Source of the DNA: Bdellovibrionales bacterium
Lineage (GTDB): Bacteria; Bdellovibrionota; Bdellovibrionia; Bdellovibrionales; UBA1609
Length of the DNA stretch: 64,000 nucleotides
Assembly (NCBI GenBank): GCA_965205365.1
Contig: CBDBGT010000005.1
Coordinates: 270,121-334,120 of the forward strand
Direction: 5' to 3'
Shown: in pieces, positions 13,310-22,295 of the stretch
Position numbering within the stretch: position 1 is the stretch's first letter
Layout: each line of letters begins with the position of its first letter
The notes under the pieces: generated by a model
The model's input: the letters and a program-made list of their open reading frames with translations, nothing else
Database searches by the model: none
Told to the model about the DNA's origin: nothing
Position numbers and translations under genes: made by a program

Positions 13310-13374
13310 TAAAGGTTTATGTCGGCAAAAAAACCTTAAAACAGTTGCTTAATAAAAAGATTTATTTTTTAAGA

Positions 13375-13457
13375 TGAGAATATGGACTAAAGGTTTAATA
13401 TTTAAGAAGTTTAACTTTTTTATTTTGTCTAAATTTTGTTTAGATTGTGATTTAAAA
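13375..13457. repeat. left direct repeat of the island: a relic copy of the manB 3' end (attL-like)
   Basis: Aligns with 23216-23297 with one 1-nt indel, about 75-80% identity by hand count. The 19-nt core TCTAAATTTTGTTTAGATT is identical in both copies. The minus strand still reads FKSQSKQNLDKIKK, against FESKSKQNLEEIKN in manB. Confidence 0.7.
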
Positions 13458-13554
13458 TAACCCTACTTGGGTGGACAATATGGACAAAGGTGTAGAGTTG
13501 AGGGAGGGGGTGTTGTCTTGTAGCACTTTTTATGGACTATTCCTTTAGTCGTTA

Positions 13555-13864
13555 CCATGTATAAAAAGCTCTAAAATTTTTGAAATCAGGAAATTGGAGG
13601 AACAAAGAGATTGTGATGATTTTAGATAACCTAGGAGGAAAACCTCTCTTCCTTTTGCTGGGTATGAGTTTGCGCTGTTCGTAATTTAGTCCTAAAATAA
13701 AGTCGTCAACAAGAGTAAAAATCTCTACAATTTGAGTCTTTTTGATTATTCCAAGCTCCTTTTTTCAAATCAGATTAGAAAAACAACTACATCTTACAAA
13801 AGGCTTAAGGTGATCTTCTATTTATACAGGACTTAGATCCTGGGAAAAGTCCGAACTCGGGTTA
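13555..13864 (-). pseudogene. IS982-family element, 5' fragment (terminal inverted repeat plus N-terminal transposase remnant)
   Basis: Ends in the inverted repeat AAAGTCCGAACTCGGGTTA (13846-13864). The minus strand reads (ATA for ATG) IIKKTQIVEIFTLVDDFILGLNYEQRKLIPSKRKRGFPPRLSKIITISLFLQFPDFKNFRAFY, typical of an IS982 N-terminus, then breaks off. The left boundary is approximate. Confidence 0.6.
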
Positions 13865-13872
13865 AATAGTTT

Positions 13873-13903
13873 ATCTTAAGGAGGCTTTAAGCCTCCTTAA
13901 GAT
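13873..13903 (-). terminator. perfect 13-bp-stem hairpin downstream of the DUF1566 lipoprotein gene
   Basis: ATCTTAAGGAGGC-tttaa-GCCTCCTTAGAT-type palindrome read directly. There is no strong U-tract on the minus strand, so terminator function is tentative. Confidence 0.4.
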
Positions 13904-13938
13904 AAAAGAACTAAAGGGCTCATGAATCCTTTTAACCC

Positions 13939-14763
13939 TCAAAACCGCCGCACACAACGAACAAAGTGAGAACCGCCCTTACCATCGATATTCTGACTGC
14001 CATTATAAAACCGCTGGACCCACGCATAGGCAGTAACGTTCTCCGTAGACGACCAATACCATATACCATTAATAATCCTCTTATCTAAACCTGGAAGAGC
14101 AGAGCGATTTGTGTACATTAAATTAAGCTCATAGCGGTTAGGTAAATGCCAATCATCATAACCACCATAATCAAGCTTATCACAGTACCTTGCTGCTGGG
14201 TGATAACCCCCTTGATCCGGTGAAGTTATGGCAACAATTGCATCTGTATTCGCTGAACCGTAATTTGCATCTTTATTAATTTCACCATGATCAGTTCCAG
14301 TAGTTGATGTGTAGTTTACTAGCCCTGGAATATCATACCAATCATCTGAACCATTCCACCTTTTACGTAAACTATCAGTACCAGAACAAGTCACTGTAAA
14401 ATCATCTAATGCATAAGAGTTTATCCCCGAACCTCCTGAAACACTTCCTGATGGAATATCTCCACAACCCCCAGGGGTGGTCATATAGCGATCTGTTCCA
14501 CTACCATTAGTGGCACCTGGGCTAAGGCTTCCAAGATAAATTGCTCCACCCTTACACACGGTTCCTGGGGTGGGAGAAGAATCAAGACATAAATCAGGAC
14601 CAGGGTCTGGATCAGGATCAGGGTCTGGATTAGGATTAGGATCTGGCTGACTAGCTCCACAAGAAGAACCAACACATAAATCAGGATCTGGACTACTAGA
14701 TCCACAAGCAGCTAAACTCAATAGGGTAGTTGTAATTAATAGTAATTGAATGATTTTATTCAT
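13939..14763 (-). CDS. lipoprotein with Pro-Asp repeat linker and DUF1566 (Lcl C-terminal-like) domain
   Basis: Lipobox LSLAAC. The linker is PDPNPNPDPDPDPDPGPD. The C-terminal WHLPNRYELNLMY...WYWSSTE...AWVQRF...VRCVR pattern is characteristic of DUF1566. The gene is visibly richer in G+C than its neighbours. Confidence 0.7.
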   Translation of the reverse strand: MNKIIQLLLITTTLLSLAACGSSSPDPDLCVGSSCGASQPDPNPNPDPDPDPDPGPDLCLDSSPTPGTVCKGGAIYLGSLSPGATNGSGTDRYMTTPGGCGDIPSGSVSGGSGINSYALDDFTVTCSGTDSLRKRWNGSDDWYDIPGLVNYTSTTGTDHGEINKDANYGSANTDAIVAITSPDQGGYHPAARYCDKLDYGGYDDWHLPNRYELNLMYTNRSALPGLDKRIINGIWYWSSTENVTAYAWVQRFYNGSQNIDGKGGSHFVRCVRRF

Positions 14764-14868
14764 ATGAATACCTCATTTATTTTATATCGTATAAACTCTA
14801 ATACTCTATCTAACCCTATGAATTAAAAAAATAGTTTTTTAATATTTAATCTGAATTTAGACTTTAGT

Positions 14869-14998
14869 AAATCCGAGTTAGGATTTTTCCAAGCTCTTTT
14901 TTATAGATCAGATTTAAAAAACAACCACATCTTACAAAAGGCTTAAGGTGATCTTTTATTCAAAACTTAGGTCCTTAGAAAAATTCTAACTCGGGTTA
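14869..14998. mobile_element. 130-bp MITE-like derivative of the IS982-family element
   Basis: Degenerate terminal inverted repeats: AATCCGAGTTAGGATTTTT (14870-14888) and AAAAATTCTAACTCGGGTTA (14979-14998). The interior matches the first ~110 bp of the full copies (compare 17960-18089). No coding capacity. Confidence 0.6.
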
Positions 14999-15059
14999 GC
15001 TAAGTTCTTTTCTAACATTACACGCCTTTTGTTTAGGAAGGCCCCTTATAAACTTTTTA

Positions 15060-15212
15060 CACAAGGATCCAGGATTTAAGGTTGTTAAAAAACGTTGGGT
15101 TGTTGAACGAACTTTTGCATGGCTAGGAAATTATAGAAGGCATTCTAAAGATTATGAAAGGCTGGCAGAATCAAGTGAAGCTATGATTCATCTCATGGTC
15201 AGGAGAATTTAG
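15060..15212 (+). pseudogene. IS5-family DDE transposase, C-terminal fragment
   Basis: Reads ...[47 protein letters not shown]. The [18 protein letters not shown] signature marks the IS5-family C-terminus. No upstream part is present. Confidence 0.7.
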
Positions 15213-15279
15213 ACTTTTCAAACAGCTTCTAAGAGATTTTGTTCGCCGTGTCCGCAACAATTATGTTCGCGAACATTTT

Positions 15280-15450
15280 TTATTCATCTGCAACTTTAAA
15301 TGCACTCTTCATCAAGCCAACTTCACGTGACGGGATAGATAGCTTTTTAGCTATCTCTGGCCAGCGTTTGACTACTGACAAGACCTCTTGAACAATTTCA
15401 TTTGCACGGTCGTCACTCAAACGGAAGTAATGAGCCACACTTAACACAAG
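15280..15450 (-). pseudogene. possible HipA-family toxin kinase, C-terminal remnant
   Basis: The minus strand reads DLGLVLSVAHYFRLSDDRANEIVQEVLSVVKRWPEIAKKLSIPSREVGLMKSAFKVADE*. This resembles the C-terminal helical tail of HipA-like proteins as I recall it. Only about 57 codons remain and they are preceded by a stop. Confidence 0.3.
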
Positions 15451-15999
15451 GCCTAAATCTTAAAGACGGAAAGCTTAAGGTAGGTGAGCTTATAACCAAT
15501 TATGGAACAAAAAAGTATCTTAAGTCTTTTAAAGGGGATGTAGAGATGGATAAGCTTAAGATTAGTAGAGATGCTAAGTGGGATGGTTTTTATGGTGTCA
15601 TCACAAATCTTGAAGATTAAGTCTGTAGCTGAAGTTTTAGAGCGTTATAAAGGACTGTGGAAAATAGAGCAGGCGCTTAGAATAAATAAAACAGATTTAA
15701 AGATGCGACCTATTTTTCATTGGAAACCTGAAAGAATTAAGGCTCATATTGGAATTTGTTTTTTAGCGTATGCAATTATTTGTAGAGTGAATAAACTTAT
15801 TAAAAAAAACCAGTCAAAATTTAGCTTTTTAGATCTTAAAGAGGAGCTCAATAAAGATGAGTACAGTGTTTTAAAGGACTCGAGTACGGGAATACTTTAT
15901 GAGCTTGGATCTAAAACTACTCCTATTTTAAAGAAAATTTATCAAGTTTTAAATCTTAAGGGAAAGGACTGTGTTCGCCTAGTTAAAGAGCAAATGTAG
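15450..15999 (+). pseudogene. IS1634/IS4-superfamily transposase, C-terminal fragment with frameshift
   Basis: Two overlapping ORFs (15402..15620 and 15571..15999) join to read ...DAKWDGFYGVITNLE/IKSVAEVLERYKGLWKIEQALRINKTDLKMRPIFHWKPERIKAHIGICFLAYAI. The Y.GLW.IE..FR..K.DL..RPI.HW motif is typical. The N-terminal two-thirds are missing. Confidence 0.65.
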
Positions 16000-16191
16000 T
16001 GACCCTGAGAAAATATAAGTGCCTGATTTTATGCACCGTGCTGTGTTGAAGTCAGGGTGAACTCCAGCAACCATAGGTAGTTTAAATGTATTAGTAAATT
16101 TTATAGTTAGGTGGGAGACTATTTTATTGGTCAAGTTCAATAATATTTTAAAGAATAAAAGCTCTTAAAATGATTTAATAAGGGGAGCATT

Positions 16192-17139
16192 ATGTTAAAG
16201 GTTAAAGGATTTGGCTTATTATTACTATTGTTTGGACAAAACCTTGGAAGTAGTCATTATTTAGAGGCTAGTAACTGTTTTACAGATATAGACATGAGAA
16301 TACCTGTACGTCATAGCTTATTAGAAGAGGGTGATCCACTTGTAGGAATTTCTCAAGAAGAGTTTATGTTAGTATTGTCTGAAATAGAAACAGTATATAC
16401 GCCAGTTTTTCAAGCTCTAGGTAAGAGCTTCACAGTAAATAAATTGTGGGCAAGTGAGAAAGTAAACGCTTTGGCTCGTCAAAGGGGCGATAATTGGGAT
16501 ATTGATATTCATGGTGGTCTTGGAAGGCATGAGTATTCAACTCTAGATTCTTTGAGAGCAGTTGTTTGTCATGAAATTGGTCACCATCTTGGTGGAGCTC
16601 CTAAGATGTCTAATCGGTGGGTGTCTTGGGCTTCTAGTGAAGGTCAATCTGATTATTTTGCGGCGTCTAAATGTATGAGTAAACTTATTTTAGAGGGGCA
16701 GCAGGGAGGGCTTAAAGTTGCCTCACCGGACCTTTCCATTTATGAGGCTAAAGAGTTGGCCTTAGTTAATGAAAAGTGTGCTCAAAGTTTTCCTCAAGAA
16801 GAAGGCCCTAGCAGTGATGAACAAGAAATTCGAGACACTGCTTTTTCTTCGTGTAAAAGGGCTGCTCTTGCAGGCTTATCTTTCGGAAGATTACAGGGTT
16901 CGGCAAGAAGCTCTGAACAATATATTAGCCTAGCTACTCCAGATGAAACAGTTGTTGTAAAAACTGGTGATGAGCACCCTAAAGCTCAGTGTAGGGCAGA
17001 TACTTATTTTGCTGGATCACTTTGTAATTTAGATTTTAATTTAGAGCTTAGCAATACAGATGCCAACATTGGTACATGTAATAGAGCTGAAGGGTTTAAC
17101 TATGGTGTAAGGCCACTTTGTTGGTTTAAGCCTAGTTAA
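16192..17139 (+). CDS. secreted putative zinc metalloprotease (HExxH)
   Basis: Signal peptide. VVCHEIGHHLGG, followed about 24 residues later by SEGQSDYF (gluzincin-like spacing). Several Cys pairs. GC-richer than the backbone and flanked by IS debris. Confidence 0.5.
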   Translation: MLKVKGFGLLLLLFGQNLGSSHYLEASNCFTDIDMRIPVRHSLLEEGDPLVGISQEEFMLVLSEIETVYTPVFQALGKSFTVNKLWASEKVNALARQRGDNWDIDIHGGLGRHEYSTLDSLRAVVCHEIGHHLGGAPKMSNRWVSWASSEGQSDYFAASKCMSKLILEGQQGGLKVASPDLSIYEAKELALVNEKCAQSFPQEEGPSSDEQEIRDTAFSSCKRAALAGLSFGRLQGSARSSEQYISLATPDETVVVKTGDEHPKAQCRADTYFAGSLCNLDFNLELSNTDANIGTCNRAEGFNYGVRPLCWFKPS

Positions 17140-17248
17140 TAAGTTTATAAATGTAGAGGTGTTAGTTTTTTAAAGTGTTTACTATCTCCTTAGAAATACA
17201 TACTAACATCTTATGTTAATTGAGGACGCGCCCTAATAGAGCTTTAAC

Positions 17249-18089
17249 TAACCCGAGTTCGGACTTTTTAAATCTGGTTTAACACTCTATTTTCATGGCA
17301 CGTATTGTCGGTTTAAAAGGACGGAGACAATATGCAGAGCTAATGCTCATAAAAGATTCACTATAAAGTTTTTTAAGACTTTGGTGTCTTGAGTGTTCAA
17401 TATAAAACTCTTCCTTTAAAATTCTAAAAACAGTCTCAACAATATATCTTTTTCTCAGTAAAAGTTTATGAAAAAGTGGTACAAACTTATTTTTCATATT
17501 TGATTTTAAATGAGTAATCAACTTAAACACCTTTGCCCATAAGTTTTTTAAAGAGGTTCTTTTAAGATATATCCCTTATCTCCGCTTTCCAAACAAACCA
17601 TCTGTAAGATTCTCTAAAGGCTTTGTATCATGGACGTTTCCTGGGGTCATAGTGAAGTTTAGGAGCTCTCCTTTATGAGAAATAATAATATGAACTTTAA
17701 AACCAAAGAGAACCAACCCATTGTTGATTTTTTACGTTTTCAAAGCCCCTTAAAGGTTTTATGGCCACTGATTCTTTTGTTGTTACAAACACTCACGGGG
17801 CTCAGAGTCTAGAATAGATATTCCTGTAATTTGATTCCATAAGTGAGTTTAGGAAAATAAAGAGTTAAGGTGTGCTGAATATTTTTAAGTTCCACAAACC
17901 TATTGTAAGACAAGAGTTTTTGGAAATAAGGTTTTAGAAATTTTTGAACATAGCCTTTTGGTTCTCTTTGATCATTCAAAGCTCCTTTTCATAGATCAGA
18001 TTAAAAAATAAATACATCTTACAAAAGGTTTAAGGTGATCTTTTATTTATACAGGACTTAGATCCTTAGAAAAGTCCGAACTCGGGTTA
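17249..18089 (-). mobile_element. IS982-family element copy A (841 bp, internally deleted, frameshifted transposase)
   Basis: Terminal inverted repeats TAACCCGAGTTCGGACTTT and AAAGTCCGAACTCGGGTTA. Coding remnants include GELLNFTMTPGNVHDTKPL and LITHLKSNMKNK...RKRYIVETVF..LK....IEHSRHQS (IS982 DDE C-terminus). Stops and frameshifts are present. Relative to the 13555-13864 fragment it lacks the KRGFPPRLS...FRAFY N-terminal block. Confidence 0.75.
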
Positions 18090-19300
18090 TTGAGTAAAAT
18101 CCCTGTGTTTCTTGCTATGTATTCTGCAAAATCAGTGAAACCTTTTAACTTTACTTTAAAGGCTTCAACTATCCACTGGGTTAAAAATAAATTGGCTTCT
18201 TTATCTTCAAAATGTCTAAAACTAAAAAAATTGTAGAACTGTTCTTTGTGTAAATATGCCTTAAAGAGGTCTTTATTTATTTCTTCTAAAGACTCTAAGC
18301 TTTTTACTTTTTTATCACTTAAATTCTTCTTTTTAAAACGAAGAAGCCAATTCATTCTATGTATGGCTTTTCTTTTTCCAACTTTTAATCTTGAGCCAAC
18401 ACTTAACTCTTTTCGACAATCATCAATTGCTTTATTTAACCTCTGGATCACGTGAAAATGATCTGCCACTTGCATAGCCTGCGGCACATGATCATCACAA
18501 CTGTACTTAAAAGCTAAATGTAGGTCCTTTGAGACTGCCTCAATTTTAGCCCATCGATCAACGCCTAAGATCATAAAAAACTCATCCACACTGGCTCTGG
18601 TGTTGCCATTACTCACCCAAATAACTTTTTTAGTATCTGTGTCAGTTATAATTGTGACCTAGCTGTAACCCCTCTTAAAACTCTTTTCATCTATACTTAT
18701 ATGTATTGGGCCTGGTATTTCATAAGATTGAACCATTCTTTTTAAAACCTCATGGTCAATTTCATAAGTTACAGAATAACTTAAACCAAAAATTCTAGCA
18801 GTGTCTGCAACAGTCACCATTTTTGAACATAGCATGTACTCAACATTGTCTTGAAGTCTTTTTGTAATGTTGTGCTTTTCAGCCTTAAACCATAAGAATT
18901 CACCTTGTGGGCCATCTGAACAATCACATTTAACACGGTTAAACTTCACTCTCCATTCACACTCTTTAAGTCCATAAGGTATGTCTTTTAATTTAATCTC
19001 TCTGCTGTCATGAATTTTCTTAACCAAGCTTCGACACTTTGAACAGATTCTTTCTTTGGTCGAATCAGGCTCAATTTCAACAACAATTCTATCTTTAAAA
19101 ACCTTCATATCTTTAATGATGAAATTTGATCCTTGAAGATCAAACATACGCTCTACTATGTCTTTTTGATTCATATAAAACCCCCTTTGAAATAAAAAAA
19201 TCTTATATAAAGAGGTTTTAACTTGGTCACAGGTTTAGTTTGAGAAATGAGCGCCTCAGGATTTAAGTCCTGGAGATTTCCTCAATTTTAGAAGAGAACC
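18090..19300 (-). pseudogene. ISL3-family transposase (frameshifted, 3' end truncated by IS982 copy A)
   Basis: ORFs 18659..19174 (zinc-finger N-terminus, CSKCRSLVKK) and 18047..18616 (DDE core, HFHVIQRLNKAIDDCR) are in different frames. The reading frame runs straight into the IS982 inverted repeat at 18089. A putative inverted repeat GGTTCTCTTCTAAAATTGAGG lies at 19280-19300 (complement). Confidence 0.75.
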
Positions 19301-19366
19301 AAGGTTTATTTGTGGAAATTAGCTTTATGTTTTAATATTGTTCTATATATGAGATAAGGGGGAGGG

Positions 19367-20416
19367 ATGAGACTTTTAGGGGTTTTGATAATTTTACTGC
19401 TGGAAAGTCAGCCATCTTTTGGAATCAGTAGATCAGAAAAATTGAGGCTTACTAATGAAAATGTGCGCCTAAGAGTTTTGCAGAGCAAGACGCTTTTTGA
19501 ACTGTCAGAAAACTTACCCTTGAATAAAAAACAGCGAAAAGAGGTGCAAGCTTATTTAATTCGCAATAGGTTTAAGAATTTTTCAGTTCCCAAAATTAAA
19601 ATTGAAAAAGGCAAGCTTGTCATTGGAAATCATTCTCGAATTGAACTAAATTTAGAGCAATCTCATAAGGAAGTTGTGTTCGTAAATGGGTCGAGGGTCA
19701 AAGTTAAAGACAAAAATTACTCCCAGCTTGTAGAAGAAATTCAGAAGATTGTAGAGAAAGATTTTTTTGTAAGTACATTGGAAGAACTGCTTTTTCCGAG
19801 GGCAAATGCATTTGTATGGTTTATACCAGTAGCCTTAACTGCTGCGACGGTTGCCATTCCTGTATACACCCTAGCTATATGTGGAGATGGTCTTTGTCAT
19901 TTAAAGGAACGAATGAAACAATACATTACTGATAAGCACTCTCCCATCAGATCTCTTCAGTGCACCCCAGAGGGACTGCTGAAATCAGTTAGTTATTATA
20001 TGCCGAGCTTGGATCATCACGTGCATTACGAGTCTCTTGAATTTCAACATAGAAAGGGTAAAGTTTCAAAAATAAGTAGAAGTCGTTATTATGGTGCTGC
20101 TGGCCATAGTGGTACGGAAACTAGGGTTTGTGACCACTTTGTGGATAAAGGGCGTATTAATAAAACAGATTATAGTCTTAATTATTCGTCGCGGGAAGTA
20201 GCCAAACTCTTGTGTGATAAGCCTCCCAAAGGAAAGCATTATACACGCTTAAAACTTTATAGGGGTATGGAGGACAGGCATCTACATCCTGTTCTTGACT
20301 TTAAGGTCTGCTGCAAATACAAAAGTTGTTCTCTTACAGCTCAAAAAATGATTTCTAAGAATAACAGAAAATTTTTCAAAAAACAGTCCGAAGCGGTACA
20401 GCAAAGTATTAAATAA
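19367..20416 (+). CDS. hypothetical secreted/membrane protein with Cys/His-rich C-terminal half
   Basis: 349 aa. Signal peptide, one internal hydrophobic helix (FVWFIPVALTAATVAIPVYTLAI), then about 10 Cys and many His. I recognise no family. Lies inside the IS-bounded segment. Confidence 0.4.
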   Translation: MRLLGVLIILLLESQPSFGISRSEKLRLTNENVRLRVLQSKTLFELSENLPLNKKQRKEVQAYLIRNRFKNFSVPKIKIEKGKLVIGNHSRIELNLEQSHKEVVFVNGSRVKVKDKNYSQLVEEIQKIVEKDFFVSTLEELLFPRANAFVWFIPVALTAATVAIPVYTLAICGDGLCHLKERMKQYITDKHSPIRSLQCTPEGLLKSVSYYMPSLDHHVHYESLEFQHRKGKVSKISRSRYYGAAGHSGTETRVCDHFVDKGRINKTDYSLNYSSREVAKLLCDKPPKGKHYTRLKLYRGMEDRHLHPVLDFKVCCKYKSCSLTAQKMISKNNRKFFKKQSEAVQQSIK

Positions 20417-20773
20417 AAGAAGTGCAGCTCTCTTTTTACCACTATGAATCAGAAGAAGTAGAGCTTTTGCGAGATATTTGTTTATATGGGCTCCCAAATG
20501 AGTCTTTAGACCTAATTTTTCCATCTTTGCCATGAGTAACAAGCTCTGTCTTGTCCCTCTCAGCAATTTTTCTACCAGATTCTGTTTGCCCTGAGAAATA
20601 GTTTACACTTTTAAAACCTTAAACAAAATTGCCTTTTTTAACGGACTTGATTGAAAAGCCCGTCCTATCTCACAACCAACCCAGAAAGCTCTTTTTTAAG
20701 CTTTCTCAGCTCTCTGACTTGCTCATCTATTGAGTCCATAGCTGACCTTCTTAACGTAAGCGCTTCATCAACC

Positions 20774-22264
20774 CTGACTTTTACCCACAAATATTTGGTC
20801 TAGTCTAGTAAATTTTTGGATCTAAATACCCTAGACTTTAGGTTTAACAATTTAACCTAAGGCATATTAGTGGATATCTCATCAGAATTTAAAAATGCAC
20901 AGCTAGGAGACAAGAGACTTAACTCTCGACTAGAGACTCTAGCAAGAACTTTCGAAAAAAATCATGGTCAATCTATAAACTTCTCCTGCCAAGATTGGAA
21001 GTCTTCAAAGGCTGCTTATAGATTTTTTGATAATGATCGCTTTGATGAGACTGATATAATTAAACCACATATCTCACAAACATTTCAAAGAATGGAAGCT
21101 ATTAATGATAAAGAAAAGGTTTTAATTTCTCATGATTCAAGTGAGGTAGTTCTTCCAGGAACAAAACTTATCCAAGGTGGCGGTTTTATAGGTTCCTTTA
21201 AACACCCAGCTAGCGGCAAAGAGCTGACAACAAAAGGCATGATGATGCATTCCTCCTTAGCCCTTTCTAGTACTGGAGTACCATTGGGATTAGTGGCACA
21301 AAAAGTCTGGACAAGGGATATTAAAAATAAACGAACGATTAGAAATGCCGGTAAAAACTTTTCACGCGTCCCTGTGGAAGAAAAAGAAAGTTTTAAGTGG
21401 ATTGAAGGCGTTAACAGCGTAGCTGCTGAATTTCCACCAGAACGGTTAGTTCATCTCTGTGACAGGGATGCTGACATGTATGAATTATTTTTCAATTGCA
21501 TTAGTTTAAGTACTAATTTTGTAATTAGAGCAGTTCATCAAAGGTCGACGGTGAGAGGAAAGGTAAAAGTTTTTGATCGCGTTTCAAGAACAGCTCCATG
21601 TGGAGAATATAAGTTACATTTGCCAAAAACTCATAAAAGAAAATCCAGAATCACAAAAATAAAAGTTCGATACTATAAAGTAAAGATTTTGCCACCAATA
21701 GATAAGAGAAAAGAATACCCTCCAATTGAATTATACGTTGTTTCAGCAAAAGAGCATAGCTCGATGACCGATAGAGTGGATTGGAAACTCTTAACTAACC
21801 TGCCTGTTGATTGTTTTGAGGAAGCTTTGGAAAAAATTAACTGGTATAAAGAAAGATGGAATATTGAAGTTTTTTTTAAAACATTAAAATCAGGATTTAG
21901 CATTGAGAGAAGTCGGCTACAGCATATTGATAGATTAAAAAAATTTGTAAGCTTCACAAGTGTATTAGCATGGAAAGTATTTTGGCTATCAAAAGTTTCA
22001 AGAGAAGCCCCCAATAGTAAGTCTGACCTTTGCTTTACAAAAGAACAGCGAGCCATACTTATAAAATTTGAAAGAAATGCAGGACGGTTAAAATTGAAAA
22101 TGAGGAGCAATAGTAATGATTTTGTTATTGCCTTTGCTCGGCTCGGTGGCTATTTGGCGAGAAATTCTGATCCACCACCAGGCCCACTGGTGCTTTGGAG
22201 GGCCATGGCGAGGCTTAGTGATATTCAGATTGGAGTGACTATGTAATTTGTGGGTAAAAGTCAG
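20774..22264 (+). mobile_element. intact IS50/Tn5-like insertion sequence (IS4 family)
   Basis: Perfect 19-bp terminal inverted repeats CTGACTTTTACCCACAAAT (20774-20792; complement at 22246-22264). Flanked by the direct repeat TTCATCAACC (20764-20773 and 22265-22274). Contains a single 458-aa transposase ORF. Confidence 0.9.
20870..22246 (+). CDS. IS4-family (Tn5 Tnp-like) DDE transposase
   Basis: GTG start. LGDKRLNSRLETLA...AAYRFFDN, CDRDADMYELF, YKERWNIEVFFKTLKSG and ARLGGYLAR...LWRAMARL parallel the Tn5 transposase blocks (LGDPRRTARL, CDREADIHAYL, YTHRWRIEEFHKAWKTG, ARLGGFMD). Confidence 0.9.
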   Translation: MDISSEFKNAQLGDKRLNSRLETLARTFEKNHGQSINFSCQDWKSSKAAYRFFDNDRFDETDIIKPHISQTFQRMEAINDKEKVLISHDSSEVVLPGTKLIQGGGFIGSFKHPASGKELTTKGMMMHSSLALSSTGVPLGLVAQKVWTRDIKNKRTIRNAGKNFSRVPVEEKESFKWIEGVNSVAAEFPPERLVHLCDRDADMYELFFNCISLSTNFVIRAVHQRSTVRGKVKVFDRVSRTAPCGEYKLHLPKTHKRKSRITKIKVRYYKVKILPPIDKRKEYPPIELYVVSAKEHSSMTDRVDWKLLTNLPVDCFEEALEKINWYKERWNIEVFFKTLKSGFSIERSRLQHIDRLKKFVSFTSVLAWKVFWLSKVSREAPNSKSDLCFTKEQRAILIKFERNAGRLKLKMRSNSNDFVIAFARLGGYLARNSDPPPGPLVLWRAMARLSDIQIGVTM

Positions 22265-22295
22265 TTCATCAACCCACTGTTGACAGCTACTTAGT

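Noticed and set aside
13458-13554. The stretch between the left direct repeat and the IS982 fragment, including a 9-bp inverted match (GACTAAAGG at 13385-13393; complement at 13541-13549), as a possible recombination site
   Set aside because: The 9-bp match is short enough to be chance in this composition. No coding or structural signal is evident.
14481-14705. 74-aa ORF overlapping the DUF1566 gene, and the repetitive DNA there as a possible non-coding tandem array or CRISPR
   Set aside because: The repeats are in-frame Pro-Asp/Pro-Asn codons of the lipoprotein linker. The units are 6 nt with no spacers. The overlapping ORF is an alternate-frame reading of the same strand.
20417-20773. ORF 20282..20566 (-) and neighbouring minus-strand reading (…SIDEQVRELRKLKKELSGLVVR*) as an IS3-OrfA-like or other gene remnant
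   Set aside because: It is broken by stops in every frame I tried. The only recognisable feature is a short coiled-coil-like peptide. There is not enough to name it, so I treat it as unclassified island debris.
21673-22110. 145-aa ORF antisense to the IS50-like transposase (and its twin at 48985..49422) as an inhibitor or second IS gene
   Set aside because: It is conserved only because the IS is duplicated. It lies fully within the transposase coding region on the opposite strand, and its Ser/Leu/Phe-rich composition is typical of antisense frames.
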